Source of the DNA: Leptogorgia sarmentosa | Lineage: Eukaryota | Direction: 5' to 3' | NCBI GenBank assembly: GCA_964658305.1 | Contig: OZ210884.1 | Span: forward strand, 1 to 64,000 | DNA length: 64,000 bases | Shown: one piece after another, positions 1 to 18,569 of the stretch | Numbering within the stretch: the stretch's first letter is position 1 | How the letters are laid out: each line of letters starts with the position of its first letter | Program-made: the position numbers and the translations under genes | Notes under the pieces: generated by a model | The model's input: only the letters and a program-made list of their open reading frames with translations | What the model was told of the DNA's origin: nothing | Databases searched by the model: none

Positions 1-3000
1 GTCATGATTACGATTAACGATCATGATTATGATTAAGGAACATGATTGACGAGCATGAATTTGATTAATTATCATATTTATGATTAGCGGTCATGATTAT
101 GATTGACCATCATGATTATGATTAACGATCATGAATATGATTAACGATCATGATTATGATTAGCGGTCATGATTATGATTGTCGATCATGATTATGATTA
201 ACGATCATGAATATGACTAACGATCATGATTATGATTAACGATCATGATTGACGATCATGATTATGATTAACGATCATGATGAAAATTGACGAACATGAT
301 TATGATTAACGATCATGAATATGATTAACGATCATGATTATGATTGGCGGTCATGATTATGATTGACGATCATGATTATGATTAACGATCATGAATATGA
401 TTAACGATCATGATTATGATTAACGATCATGAATATGATTAACGATCATGATTATGATTAACGATCATGATTACGATTAACGATCATGATTATGATTGAC
501 GATGATGATTGACTATCAGGAATTTGATTTACCATCATAATTATGATTAACGATCATGACCATGATTAACGATCATGATTATGATTAACGATCTTGATTA
601 TGATTAACGATGATGATTAACGATCATGAATTTGATTAATTATCGTGATTATGATTAGCGGTCATGATTATGATTGACGATCATGATTATGATTAACGAT
701 CATGAATATGATTAACGATCATGATTATGATTAACGATCATGATTAACGATCATGATTATGATTAACGATCATGATGATGATTGACGATCATGATTATGA
801 TTAACGATCATGAATATGATTAACGTTCATGATTGACGATCATGATTATGATTAACGATCATGATTATGATTAACGGTCATGATTATGATTGACGATCAT
901 GATTATTATTTACGATCATGATTATGATTAACGATCATGAATATGATTAACGATCATGATAATGATTAACGATCATGATTAAGATTAACGATCACGATTA
1001 TGATTAGCGGTCATGGTTATGATTGTCGATCATGATTATGATTAACGATCATGAATATGATTAACGATCAGGATTATGATTAACGATCATGATCGACGAT
1101 CATGATTATGATTAACGAACATGATTATGATTAACGATGATGATTGACGATCATGAATTTGATTAACGATCATGATTATAGTTAAAGATCATGATTGACG
1201 ATCATGATTACGATTAACGAACATGATTATGATTAACGATCATGATTATGATTAAAGATTATGATCATGATTAATGATCATGATTGTGATTAACGATCAT
1301 GATTATGATTGACTATCATGATTATGATTAGCGGTCATGATTATGATTGACGATCATGATTATGATTAACGACCATGAATATGATTAACGATCATGATTA
1401 TGATTAGCGGTCATAATTATGATTAACGATCATGATTATGATTAACGATTATGATTATGATTAACGATCACGATTATGATTAACGATCATGAATATGATT
1501 AACGATCATGATTATGATTAACGATCATGATTACGATTAACGATCATGATTATGATTGACGATGATGATTGACTATCAGGAATTCGATTTACGATGATTA
1601 ACGATCATGGCCTTGATTAACGATCATGATTATGATTAGCGGTCATGATTATGATTGACAATCATGATTATCATTAACGATCATGAATATGATTAACGAA
1701 CATGATTATGATTAACGATGATGATTAACGATCATGAATTTGATTAACGATCATGATTATGATTAAAGATTATGATCATGATTAATGATCATGTTTGTGA
1801 TTAACGATCATGATTATGATTAACTATCATGATTATGATTAGCGGTCATGATTATGATTGACGATCATGATTATGATTAACGATCATGAATATGATTAAG
1901 GATCATGATTATGATTAGCGGTCATGATTATGATTGACCATCATGATTATGATTAACGATCATGAATATGATTAACGATCATGATTATGATTAGCGGTCA
2001 TGATTATGATTGTCGATCATGATTATGATTAACGATCATGAATATGACTAACGATCATGATTATGATTAACGATCATGATTGACGGTCATGATTATGATT
2101 AACGATCATGATGAAAATTGACGAACATGATTATGATTAACGATCATGAATATGATTAACGATCATGATTATGATTGGCGGTCATGATTATGATTGACGA
2201 TCATGATTATGATTAACGATCATGAATATGATTAACGATCATGATTATGATTAACGATCATGAATATGATTAACGATCATGATTATGATTAACGATCATG
2301 ACTACGATTAACGATCATGATTATGATTGACGATGATGATTGACTATCAGGAATTTCATTTACCATCATAATTATGATTAACGATCATGACCATGATTAA
2401 CGATCATGATTATGATTAACGATCTTGATTATGATTAACGATGATGATTGACGGTCATGAATTTGATTAATTATCGTGATTATGATTAGCGGTCATGATT
2501 ATGATTGACGATCATGATTATGATTAACGATCATGAATATGATTAACGATCATGATTATGATTAACGATCATGATTAACGATCATGATTATGATTAACGA
2601 TCATGATGATGATTGACGATCATGAATATGATTAAGGATCATGATTATGATTAGCGGTCATGATTATGATTGACCATCATGATTATGATTAACGATCATG
2701 AATATGATTAACGTTCATGATTATGATTAGCAGTCATGATTATGATTGTCGATCATGATTATGATTAACGATCATGAATATGACTAACGATCATGATTAT
2801 GATTAACGATCATGATTGACGGTCATGATTATGATTAACGATCATGATGAAAATTGACGAACATGATTATGATTAACGATCATGAATATGATTAACGATC
2901 ATGATTATGATTGGCGGTCATGATTATGATTGACGATCATGATTATGATTAACGATCATGAATATGATTAACGATCATGATTATGATTAACGATCATGAA

Positions 3001-6000
3001 TATGATTAACGATCATGATTATGATTAACGATCATGATTACGATTAACGATCATGATTATGATTGACGATGATGATTGACTATCAGGAATTTGATTTACC
3101 ATCATAATTATGATTAACGATCATGACCATGATTAACGATCATGATTATGATTAACGATCTTGATTATGATTAACGATGATGATTGACGGTCATGAATTT
3201 GATTAATTATCGTGATTATGATTAGCGGTCATGATTATGATTGACGATCATGATTATGATTAACGATCATGAATATGATTAACGATCATGATTATGATTA
3301 ACGATCATGATTAACGATCATGATTATGATTAACGATCATGATGATGATTGACGATCATGATTATGATTAACGATCATGAATATGATTAACGTTCATGAT
3401 TGACGATCATGATTATGATTAACGATCATGATTATGATTAACGGTCATGATTATGATTGACGATCATGATTATTATTTACGATCATGATTATGATTAACG
3501 ATCATGAATATGATTAACGATCATGATAATGATTAACGATCATGATTACGATTAACGATCACGATTATGATTGACGATGATGATTGACTATCAGGAATTT
3601 GATTTACGATCATGATTATGTTTAACGATCATGAATATGATTAACGATCATGATTATGATTAACGATCATGATTATGATTAACGATCATGAATATGATTA
3701 ACGATAATGATTATGATTAACGATCATGATTACGATTAACGATCATGATTATAATTAACGATCATGCTTATGATCAACGATCATAATAAAGATTCACGAT
3801 TATGATTATCATTACTGATTATGATTAACGACCATGATTATGATTAACGATTATGATCAACGATCATGATTATGATTACGATCATGATTATGATTAACGA
3901 TCATGATTATTATTAACGATGTTGATTGACGACCATGAATATGATTAACCATCATGATTAGCGATCATCATTATGATTGACGATCATGATTATGATTAAC
4001 GATCCTGAATATGATTAACGATCATGATTATGATTAACGATCATGATTATCTTTGACGATCATGGTTATGATTAACGATCATGATTATGATTAACGATCA
4101 TGATTATGACTAACCATCATGATTAACGATCATGATTAACGATCATGATCATGATTAACGATCACGATTATGATTAACGATCATGATTATGATTAACGTT
4201 CGTTATTATGATTAACTCTCATGATTATAATTAACGATCATGCTTATGATAAACGATCATAATAAAGATTCACGATCATGATTATCACTACTGATTATGA
4301 TTAACGATCATGATTATAATTAACGATCATGATTAACGATCATGAATTTGATTAACGATCCTGATTATGATCAAAGATCATGATTAGTGATCATATTAAC
4401 GATCATGATTATGATTAACGATGATGATTTTGATTAACGATCATGATTATGATTAAAGATTATGATTATAACTAATAATCATGATTATGATTAACAATCA
4501 TGATTAACGATCATGATTATGGTTAACGATCACGATTATGATTAACGATCATGATTATGATTAACGCTCGTGTTTATGATTAACTGTCATGATTATAATT
4601 AACGATCATGCTTATGAAAACGATCATAATTATGATTAACGATCATGATTATGATTAACCATCATGATTAACGATCATGATTAACGGTCATGATTATGAT
4701 TGACGATCATGATTGACGATTATGATTATGATTAACGAACATGATTATGATTAACGATCATGATTATGATTAACGAACATGATTATGATTAACCGCCATG
4801 ATTATGATTAGCGATCATGATTATGACTAACGATCATGATTATGATTAACGATCACGATTAACAATCATGATTATAATTAAGGATCATGATTAATATTAC
4901 CGATCATGATTATGATTAACGATAATGATTATGTTTAACGATCATGATTAAGATCAACGATCATGATTATGATTAACGAACATGATTATGTTTAATGATC
5001 GTAATTAACGATCATGATTATGATTAACGATCATGATAATGATTAACGATCATGATTATGATTAACGATCATGAATATGATTAACGATCATGATTATGAT
5101 TAGCGGTCATGATTATGATTGTCGATCATGATTATGATTAACGATCATGAATATGACTAACGATCATGATTATGATTAACGATCATGACCATGATAAACG
5201 ATCATGATTATCATTAACGATCATGAATATGATTAACGATCATGATTATGATTAGCGATGATGATTGACGATCAGGAATTTGATTTACGATCATTATTAT
5301 GATTAACGATCATGACCATGATAAACGATCATGATTATGATTAACGATCATGAATATGATTAACGATCATGATTATGATTAGCGGTCATGATTATGATTG
5401 TCGATCATGATTATGATTAACGATCATGAATATGACTAACGATCATGATTATGATTAACGATCATGATTGACGATCATGATTATGATTAACGATCATGAT
5501 GAAAATTGACGAACATGATTATGATTAACGATCATGATTATGATTGACGATGATGATTGACTATCAGGAATTTGATTTACCATCATAATTATGATTAACG
5601 ATCATGACCATGATTAACGATCATGATTATGATTAACGATCTTGATTATGATTAACGATGATGATTGACGATCATGAATTTGATTAATTATCGTGATTAT
5701 GATTAGCGGTGATGATTATGATTGACCATCATGATTATGATTAACGATCATGAATATGATTAACGATCATGATCATGATTAGCGGTCATGATTATGATTG
5801 TCGATCATGATTATGATTAACGATCATGAATATGACTAACGATCATGATTATGATTAACGATCATGATTGACGATCATGATTATGATTAACGATCATGTT
5901 GAAAATTGACGAACATGATTATGATTAACGATCATGAATATGATTAACGATCATGATTATGATTGGCGGTCATGATTATGATTGACGATCATGATTATGA

Positions 6001-9000
6001 TTAACGATCATGAATATGATTAACGATCATGATTATGATTAACGATCATGAATATGATTAACGATCATGATTATGATTAACGATCATGATTACGATTAAC
6101 GATCATGATTATGATTGACGATGATGATTGACTATCAGGAATTTGATTTACCATCATAATTATGATTAACGATCATGACCATGATTAACGATCATGATTA
6201 TGATTAACGATCTTGATTATGATTAACGATCATGAATATGATTAACGATCATGATTATGATTAACGATCATGATTACGATTAACGATCATGATTATGATT
6301 GACGATGATGATTGACTATCAGGAATTCGATTTACGATTATGATTATGATTAACGATCATGATTATGATTAACGATCATGAATATGATTAACGAACATGA
6401 TTATGATTAACGATGATGATTGACAATCATGAATTTGGTTAACGATCATGATTATTATTAAAGATTATGATCATGATTAATGATCATGTTTGTGATTAAC
6501 GATCATGATTATGATTAACTATCATGATTACGATTAGCGGTCATGATTATGATTGACGATCATGATTATGATTAACGATCATGAATATGATTAAGGATCA
6601 TGATTATGATTAGCGGTCATGATTACGATTAACGATCATGATTATGATTAAGGAACATGATTGACGAGCATGAATTTGATTAATTATCATAATTATGATT
6701 AGCGGTCATGATTATGATTGACCATCATGATTATGATTAACGATCATGAATATGATTAACCATTATGATTATGATTAGCGGTCATGATTATGATTGTCAA
6801 TCATGATTATGATTAACGATCATGAATATGACTAACGATCATGATTATGATTAACGATCATGATTGACGATCATGATTATGATTAACGATCATGATGAAA
6901 ATTGACGAACATGATTATGATTAACGATCATGAATATGGTTAACGATCATGATTATGATTAACGATCATGATTGACGATCATGATTATGATTAACGATCA
7001 TGATGATGATTGACGATCATGATTATGATTAACGATCATAAATATGATTAACGATCATGATTGACGATCATGATTATGATTAACGATCATGATTTTGATT
7101 AGCGGTCATGATTATGATTGACGATCATGATTATGATTAACGATCATGAATCTGATTAAGGATCATGATTATGATTAGCGGTCATGATTTTGATTAACGG
7201 TCATGATTATGATTAACTTTCATGATTATGATTAACGATCATGATTATGATTAACGATCATGAATATGATTAACGATCATCATTACGATTAACGATCATG
7301 ATTATGATTGACGATGATGATTGACTATCAGGAACTTGATTTACGATCATGATTATGATTAACGGTCATGACCATGATTAACGATCATGATTATGATTAA
7401 CGATCAAGATTATGAGTAACGATGATGATTGACGATCATGAATTTGATTAATTATCATGATTATGATTAGCGGTCATGATTATGATTGACGATCATGATT
7501 ATGATTAACGATGATGATTATGATTAACGATCATGAATATGATTAACGATCATGATTATGATTAACGATCATGATTGACGATCATGATTATGATTAACGA
7601 TCATGATGATGATTGACGCTCATGATTATTATTAACGATCATGAATATGATTAACGATCATGATTGACGATCATGATTATGATTAACGATCATGATTATG
7701 ATTAGCGGTCATGATTATGATTGTCGATCATGATTAAGATTAACGATCATGAATATGATTAACGATCATGATTATGATTAACGATCATGATTGACGATCA
7801 TGATTATGATTAACGATCATGAATATGATTAACGATCATGATTATGATTATCGGTCATGATTATCATTGACGATCATGATTATGATTAACGATCATGAAT
7901 ATGATTAACGATCATGATTATGATTAACGATCATGATTGACGATCATGATTATGATTAAATATCATGATTATGATTAGCGGTCATGATTATGATTGACGA
8001 TCATGATTATGATTAACGATCATGAATATGATTAACGATCATGATTATGAATAACGATCATGATTACGATTAACGATCATGATTATGATTAACGAACATG
8101 ATTATGATTAACGATGATGATTGACGATCATGAATTTGATTAACGATCATGATTATGATTAACGATCATGAATATGATTAACGATCATGATTACGATTAG
8201 CGGTTCAGATTATGATTGACGATCATGATTATTATTAACGATCATGAATATGATTAACGATCATGATCATGATTAACGATCATGATTATGATTAACGATC
8301 ATGATTATGATTAAGGATTATGATAGATGATCATGAATTTCAATAACGATGATGATTATGATTAACGATCATGAATATGATTAACGATCATGATTATGAT
8401 TATCGGTCATGATTATCATTGACGATCATGATTATGATTAACGATCATGAATATGATTAACGATCATGATTATGATTAACGATCATGATTGACGATGATG
8501 ATTATGATTAAATATCATGATTATGATTAGCGGTCATGATTATGATTGACGATCATGATTATGATTAACGATCATGAATATGATTAACGATCATGATTAT
8601 GAATAACGATCATGATTACGATTAACGATCATGATTATGATTAACGAACATGATTATGATTAACGATGATGATTGACGATCATGAATTTGATTAACGATC
8701 ATGATTATGATTAACGATCATGAATATGATTAACGATCATGATTACGATTAGCGGTTCTGATTATGATTGACGATCATGATTATTATTAACGATCATGAA
8801 TATGATTAACGATCATGATCATGATTAACGATCATGATTATGATTAACGATCATGATTATGATTAAGGATTATGATAGATGATCATGAATTTCAATAACG
8901 ATGATGATCATGATTAACGAACATGATTAACGATCATATTAACGATCATATTAACGATCATGATTATGATTAACGATCATGATTTTGATTAACGATCATG

Positions 9001-12000
9001 ATTATGATTAAAGATCATGATTAACGGTCATCATTATGATTAACGATCATGATCAACGATCATGATTATGATTACGATTATGATTAACGATATCGAGTGA
9101 CGATAATGATTATGATTAACCATCATAATTAACGATCATCATTATGATTGGCGGTCATGATTATGATTAACGATCATGAATATATTTGACGATAATGGTT
9201 ATGATTAACGATCATGATTATGATTGACGACCATGATTATGATTAACGATCATGATTATGATTGAAGATTACGATCATGATTAATGATCATGATTGTGAT
9301 TAACGATCATGATTATGATTGACTTCCATGATTATGATTAGCGGTCATGATTGTGATTGACGATCATGATTATGATTAACGAACATGAATATGATTAAAG
9401 ATCATGATTATGATTAGCGGTCATGATTAAGATTAACGATCATGATTATGATTAAGGATTATGACAGATGTTCATGAATTTCAATAACGATGATGATTAT
9501 GATTAACGATCATGAATATGATTAAAGATGATGATTATGATTAACGATCATGATTGACGATCATGATCATGATTAACGAACATGATTAACGATCATATTA
9601 ACGATCATATTAACGATCATGATTATGATTAACGATCATGATTTTTATTAACGATCATGATTATGATTGACGATGATGATTGACTATCAGGAATTTGATT
9701 TACGATCATGATTATGATTAACGATCATGACCATGATTAACGATGATGATTATGATTAACGATCTTGATTATGATTAACGATGATGATTGACGATCATGA
9801 ATTTGATTAATTATCATGATTATGATTAGCGGTCATGATCATGATTGACGATCATGATTATGCTAAGCGGTCATGATTATGATTGTCGATCATGATTATG
9901 ATTAACGATCACGATTATGATTAACGTTCATGATTATGATTAACGATCATGAATATGATTAACGATCATGATTGACGATCATGATTATGATTAACGATCA
10001 TGATTATGATTAGCGGTCATGATTATGATTGTCGATCATGATTAAGATTAACGATCATGAATATGATTAACGATCATGATTATGATTAACGATCATGATT
10101 GACGATCATGATTATGATTAACGATCATGAATATGATTAACGATCATGATTATGATTATCGGTCATGATTATCATTGACGATCATGATTATGATTAACGA
10201 TCATATATATGATTAACGATCATGATTATGATTAACGATCATGATTGACGATCATGATTATGATTAAATATCATGATTATGATTAGCGGTCATGATTATG
10301 ATTGACGATCATGATTATGATTAACGATCATGAATATGATTAACGATCATGATTATGAATAACGATCATGATTACGATTAACGATCATGATTATGATTAA
10401 CGAACATGATTATGATTAACGATGATGATTGACGATCATGAATTTGATTAACGATCATGATTATGATTAACGATCATGAATATGATTAACGATCATGATT
10501 ACGATTAGCGGTCCTGATTATGATTGACGATCATGATTATTATTAACGATCATGAATATGATTAACGATCATGATCATGATTAACGATCATGATTATGAT
10601 GAACGATCATGATTATGATTAAGGATTATGATAGATGATCATGAATTTCAATAACGATGATGATTATGATTAACGATCATGAATATGATTAAAGATGATG
10701 ATTATGATTAACGATCATGATTGACGATCATGATCATGATTAACGAACATGATTAACGATCATATTAACGATCATATTAACGATCATGATTATGATTAAC
10801 GATCATGATTTTGATTAACGATCATGATTATGATTAAAGATCATGATTAACGGTCATCATTATGATTAACGATCATGATCAACGATCATGATTATGATTA
10901 CGATTATGATTAACGATATCGAGTGACGATAATGATTATGATTAACCATCATAATTAACGATCATCATTATGATTGGCGGTCATGATTATGATTAGCGAT
11001 CATGAATATATTTGACGATAATGGTTATGATTAACGATCATGATTATGATTGACGACCATGATTACGATTAACGATCATGATTATGATTGAAGATTATGA
11101 TCATGATTAATGATCATGATTGTGATTAACGATCATGATTATGATTGACTTCCATGATTATGATTAGCGGTCATGATTGTGATTGACGATCATGATTATG
11201 ATTAACGAACATGAATATGATTAAAGATCATGATTATGATTAGCGGTCATGATTAAGATTAACGATCATGATTATGATTAAGGATTATGACAGATGTTCA
11301 TGAATTTCAATAACGATGATGATTATGATTAACGATCATGAATATGATTAAAGATGATGATTATGATTAACGATCATGATTGACGATCATGATCATGATT
11401 AACGAACATGATTAACGATCATATTAACGATCATATTAACGATCATGATTATGATTAACGATCATGATTTTTATTAACGATCATGATTATGATTGACGAT
11501 GATGATTGACTATCAGGAATTTGATTTACGATCATGATTATGATTAACGATTATGACCATGATTAACGATGATGATTATGATTAACGATCTTGATTATGA
11601 TTAACGATGATGATTGACGATCATGAATTTGATTAATTATCATGATTATGATTAGCGGTCATGATCATGATTGACGATCATGATTATGCTAAGCGGTCAT
11701 GATTATGATTGTCGATCATGATTATGATTAACGATCACGATTATGATTAACGTTCATAATTATGATTAACGATCATGATTGACGATCATGATTATGATTA
11801 ACGATCATGATGATGATTGACGATCATGATTATGATTAACGATCATGATTAACGATCATGAATTTGATTAACGATCATGATTATGATCAAAGATCATGAT
11901 TAGCGATCATATTAACGATCATGATTACGATTAACGATGATGATTTTGATTAACGATCATGATTATGATTAAAGATTATGATTATGACTAATAATCATGA

Positions 12001-15000
12001 TTATGATTAACAATCATGATTAACGATCATGATTATGATTAACCATCACGATTATGATTAACGATCATGATTATGATTAACGTTCGTGATTATGATTAAC
12101 TGTCATGATTATAATTAACGATCATGCTTATGATAAACGATCATGATTATGATTAACGATCATGATTATGATTAACCATCATCATTAACGATCATCATTA
12201 ACGGTCATGATTATGATTGACGATCATGATTGACGATTATGATTATGATTAACGAACATGATTATGATTAACGATCATGATTATGATTAACGAACATGAT
12301 TATGATTAACCGCCATGATTATGATTAGCGATCATGATTATGACTAACGATCATGATTATGATTAACGATCACGATTAACAATCATGATTATAATTAAGG
12401 ATCATGATTAATATTACCGATCATGATTATGATTAACGATAATGATTATGTTTAACGATCATGATTAAGATCAACGATCATGATTATGATTAACGAACAT
12501 GATTATGTTTAATGATCGTAATTAACGATCATGATTATGATTAACGATCATGATAATGATCAGCGATCATGATTATGATTAACGATCATGAATATGATTA
12601 ACGATCATGATTAGGATTAACGATCATGATTACGAGTAACGATCATGATTATGATTAGCGATGATGATTAACGATCACGAATTCGATTTACGATCATGAT
12701 TATTATTAACGATCATGACCATGATTAACGATCATGATTATGATTAACGATCATAATTATGATTAACGATGATGATTGACGATCATGAATTTGATTAATT
12801 ATCATGATTATGATTAGCGGTCATGATTATGATTGACGATCATGATTATGGATAATGATCATGAATATGATTAACGATCATGATTATGATTAGCTGTCAT
12901 GATTATGATTGTCGATCGTGATTATGATTAACGATCATGAATATGATTAACGATCAGGATTATGATTAACGATCATGATCGACGATCATGATTATGATTA
13001 ACGAACATGATTATGATTAACGATGATGATTGACGATCATGAATTCGATTAACGATCATGATTATAGTTAAAGATCATGATTGACGATCATGATTACGAT
13101 TAACGAACAAGATTATGATTAACGATTATGATTATGATTAAAGATTATGATCATGATTAATGATCATGATTGTGATTAACGATCACGATTATGATTGACT
13201 ATCATGATTATGATTAGCGGTCATGATTATGATTGACGATCATGATTATGATTAACGATCATGAATATGATTAAGGATCATGATTATGATTACCGGACAT
13301 AATTATGATTAACGATCATGATTATGATTAACGATCATGATTATGATTAACGATCACGATTATGATTAACGATCATGAATATTATTAACGATCATGATTA
13401 TGATTAACGATCATGATTACGATTAACGATCATGATTATGATTGACGATGATGATTGACTATCAGGAATTCGATTTACGATCATGATTATGATTAACGAT
13501 CATGGCCTTGATTAACGATCATGATTATGATTAGCGGTCATGATTATGATTGACAATCATGATTATGATTAACGATCATGAATATGATTAACGAACATGA
13601 TTATGATTAACGATGATCATTGACGATCATGAATTTGATTAATTATCATAATTATGATTAGCGGTCATGATTATGATTGACCATCATGATTATGATTAAC
13701 CATCATGAATATGATTAACGATCATGATTGACGATCATGATTATGATTAACGATCATGATGAAAATTGACGAACATGATTATGATTAACGATCATGAATA
13801 TGATTAACGATCATGATTATGATTGGCGGTCATGATTATGATTGACGATCATGATTATGATTAACGATCATGAATATGATTAACGATCATGATTATGATT
13901 AACGATCATGAATATGATTAACGATCATGATTATGATTAACGATCATGATTACGATTAACGATCATGATTATGATTGACGATGATGATTGACTATCAGGA
14001 ATTTGATTTACGATCATAATTATGATTAACGATCATGACCATGATTAACGATCATAATTATGATTAACGATCTTGATTATGATTAACGATGATGATTGAC
14101 GATCATGAATTTGATTAATTATCGTGATTATGATTAGCGGTCATGATTATGATTGACGATCATGATTATGATTAACGATCATGAATATGATTAACGATCA
14201 TGATTATGATTAACGATCATGATTGACGATCATGATTATGATTAACGATCATGATTATGATTAGCGGTCATGATTATGATTGACGATCATGATTATTATT
14301 TGCGATCATGATTATGATTAACGATCATGAATATGATTAACGATCATGATTATGATTAGCGGTCATGATTATGATTGTCGATCATGATTGTGATTAACGA
14401 TCATGAATATGATTAACGATCATGATTATGATTAACGATCATGATTGACGATCATGGTTATGATTAACGATCATGATGATGATTGACGATCATGATTATG
14501 ATTAACGATCATGATTACGAATAACGATCATGATTATGATTAACGATGATGATTGACGATCATGAATTTGATTAATTATCATGATTATGATTAGCGGTCA
14601 TGATTATGATTGACGATCATGATTATGAATAATGATCATGAATATGATTAACGATCATGATTATGATTAACGATCATGATTGACGATCATGATTATGATT
14701 AACGATCATGATTATGATTAGCGGTCATGATTATGATTGACGATCATGATTATTATTTACGATCATGATTATGATTAACGATCATGAATATGATTAACGA
14801 TCATGATTATGATTAGCGGTCATGATTATGATTGTCGATCATGATTATGATTAACGATCATGAATATGACTAACGATCATGATTATGATTAACGATCATG
14901 ACCATGATAAACGATCATGATTATGATTAACGATCATGAATATGATTAACGATCATGATTATGATTAGCGATGATGATTGACGATCAGGAATTCGATTTA

Positions 15001-18000
15001 CGATCATGATTATGATTAACGATCATGACCATGATAAACGATCATGATTATGATTAACGATCATGAATATGATTAACGATCATGATTATGATTAGCGGTC
15101 ATGATTATGATTGTCGATCATGATTATGATTAACGATCATGAATATGACTAACGATCATGATTATGATTAACGATCATGATTGACGATCATGATTATGAT
15201 TAACGATCATGATGAAAATTGACGAACATGATTATGATTAACGATCATGATTATGATTGACGATGATGATTGACTATCAGGAATTTGATTTACCATCATA
15301 ATTATGATTAACGATCATGACCATGATTAACGATCATGATTATGATTAACGATCTTGATTATGATTAACGATGATGATTGACGATCATGAATTTGATTAA
15401 TTATCGTGATTATGGTTAGCGGTCATGATTATGATTGACCATCATGATTATGATTAACGATCATGAATATGATTAACGATCATGATTATGATCAGCGGTC
15501 ATGATTATGATTGTCGATCATGATTATGATTAACGATCATGAATATGACTAACGATCATGATTATGATTAACGATCATGATTGACGATCATGATTATGAT
15601 TAACGATCATGATGAAAATTGACGAACATGATTATGATTAACGATCATGAATATGATTAACGATCATGATTATGATTGGCGGTCATGATTATGATTGACG
15701 ATCATGATTATGATTAACGATCATGAATATGATTAACGATCATGATTATGATTAACGATCATGAATATGATTAACGATCATGATTATGATTAACGATCAT
15801 GATTACGATTAACGATCATGATTATGATTGACGATGATGATTGACTATCAGGAATTTGATTTACCATCATAATTATGATTAACGATCATGACCATGATTA
15901 ACGATCATGATTATGATTAACGATCTTGATTATGATTAACGATGATGATTGACGATCATGAATTTGATTAATTATCGTGATTATGATTAGCGGTCATGAT
16001 TATGATTGACGATCATGATTATGATTAACGATCATGAATATGATTAACGATCATGATTATGATTAACGATCATGATTAACGATCATGATTATGATTAACG
16101 ATCATGATGATGATTGACGATCATGATTATGATTAACGATCATGAATATGATTAACGTTCATGATTGACGATCATGATTATGATTAACGATCATGATTAT
16201 GATTAACGGTCATGATTATGATTGACGATCATGATTATTATTTACGATCATGATTATGATTAACGATCATGAATATGATTAACGATCATGATAATGATTA
16301 ACGATCATGATTACGAATAACGATCACGATTATGATTGACGATGATGATTGACTATCAGGAATTTGATTTACGATCATCATTATGTTTAACGATCATGAA
16401 TATGATTAACGATCATGATTATGATTAACGATCATGAATATGATTAACGATCATGATTATGATTAGCGGTCATGATTATGATTGACGATCACGATTATGA
16501 TTAACGATCATGAATATGATTAACGATCATGATTATGATTAACGATCATGAATATGATTAACGATGATGATTATGATTAACGATCATGATTACGATTAAC
16601 GATCATGATTATAATTAACGATCATGCTTATGATCAACGATCATAATAAAGATTCATGATTATGATTATCATTACTGATTATGATTAACGACCATGATTA
16701 TGATTAACGATTATGATCAACGATCATGATTATGATTACGATCATGATTATGATTAACGATCATGATTATTATTAACGATGTTGATTGACGACCATGAAT
16801 ATGATTAACCATCATGATTAGCGATCATCATTATGATTGACGATCATGATTATCATTAACGATCCTGAATATGATTAACGATCATGATTATGATTAACGA
16901 TCATGATTATCTTTGACGATCATGGTTATGATTAACGATCATGATTATGATTAACGATCATGATTATGACTAACCATCATGATTAACGATCATGATTAAC
17001 GATCATGATCATGATTAACGATCACGATTATGATTAACGATCATGATTATGATTAACGTTCGTTATTATGATTAACTCTCATGATTATAATTAACGATCA
17101 TGCTTATGATAAACGATCATAATAAAGATTCACGATCATGATTATCACTACTGATTATGATTAACGATCATGATTATAATTAACGATCATGATTAACGAT
17201 CATGAATTTGATTAACGATCCTGATTATGATCAAAGATCATGATTAGTGATCATATTAACGATCATGATTATGATTAACGATGATGATTTTGATTAACGA
17301 TCATGATTATGATTAAAGATTATGATTATGACTAATAATCATGATTATGATTAACAATCATGATTAACGGTCATGATTATGGTTAACGATCACGATTATG
17401 ATTAACGATCATGATTATGATTAACGTTCGTGTTTATGATTAACTGTCATGATTATAATTAACGATCGTGCTTATGATAAACGATCATAATTATGATTAA
17501 CGATCATGATTATGATTAACCATCATGATTAACGATCATGATTAACGGTCATGATTATGATTGACGATCATGATTGACGATTATGATTATGATTAACGAA
17601 CATGATTATGATTAACGATCATGATTATGATTAACGAACATGATTATGATTAACCGCCATGATTATGATTAGCGATCATGATTATGACTAACGATCATGA
17701 TTATGATTAACGATCACGATTAACAATCATGATTATAATTAAGGATCATGATTAATATTACCGATCATGATTATGATTAACGATAATGATTATGTTTAAC
17801 GATCATGATTAAGATCAACGATCATGATTATGATTAACGAACATGATTATGTTTAATGATCGTAATTAACGATCATGATTATGATTAACGATCATGATTA
17901 CGAATAACGATCATGATTATGATTAACGATCATGAATATGATTAACGATCATGATTATGATTAACGATCATGATTACGAATAACGATCATGATTATGATT

Positions 18001-18569
18001 AACGATGATGATTGACGATCAAGAATTCGATTTACGATCATGATTATGATTAGCGGTCATGATTATGATTGACGATCATGATTATGAATAATGATCATGA
18101 ATATGATTAACGATCATGATTATGATTAGCGGTCATGATTATGATTGTCGATCATGATTATGATTAACGATCATGAATATGATTAACCATCAGGATTATG
18201 ATTAACGATCATGATCGACGATCATGATTATGATTAACGAACATGATTATGATTAACTATGATGATTGACGATCATGAATTTGATTAACGATCATGATTA
18301 TAGTTAAAGATCACGATTGACGATCATGATTACGATTAACGAACATGATTATGATTAACGATCATGATTATGATTAAAGATTATGATCATGATTAATGAT
18401 CATGATTGTGATTAGCGATCATGATTATGATTGACTATCATGATTATGATTAGCGGTCATGATTATGATTGACGATCATGATTATCATTAACGATCATGA
18501 ATATGATTAAGGATCATGATTATGATTAGCGGTCATAATTATGATTAACGATCATGATTATGATTAACG

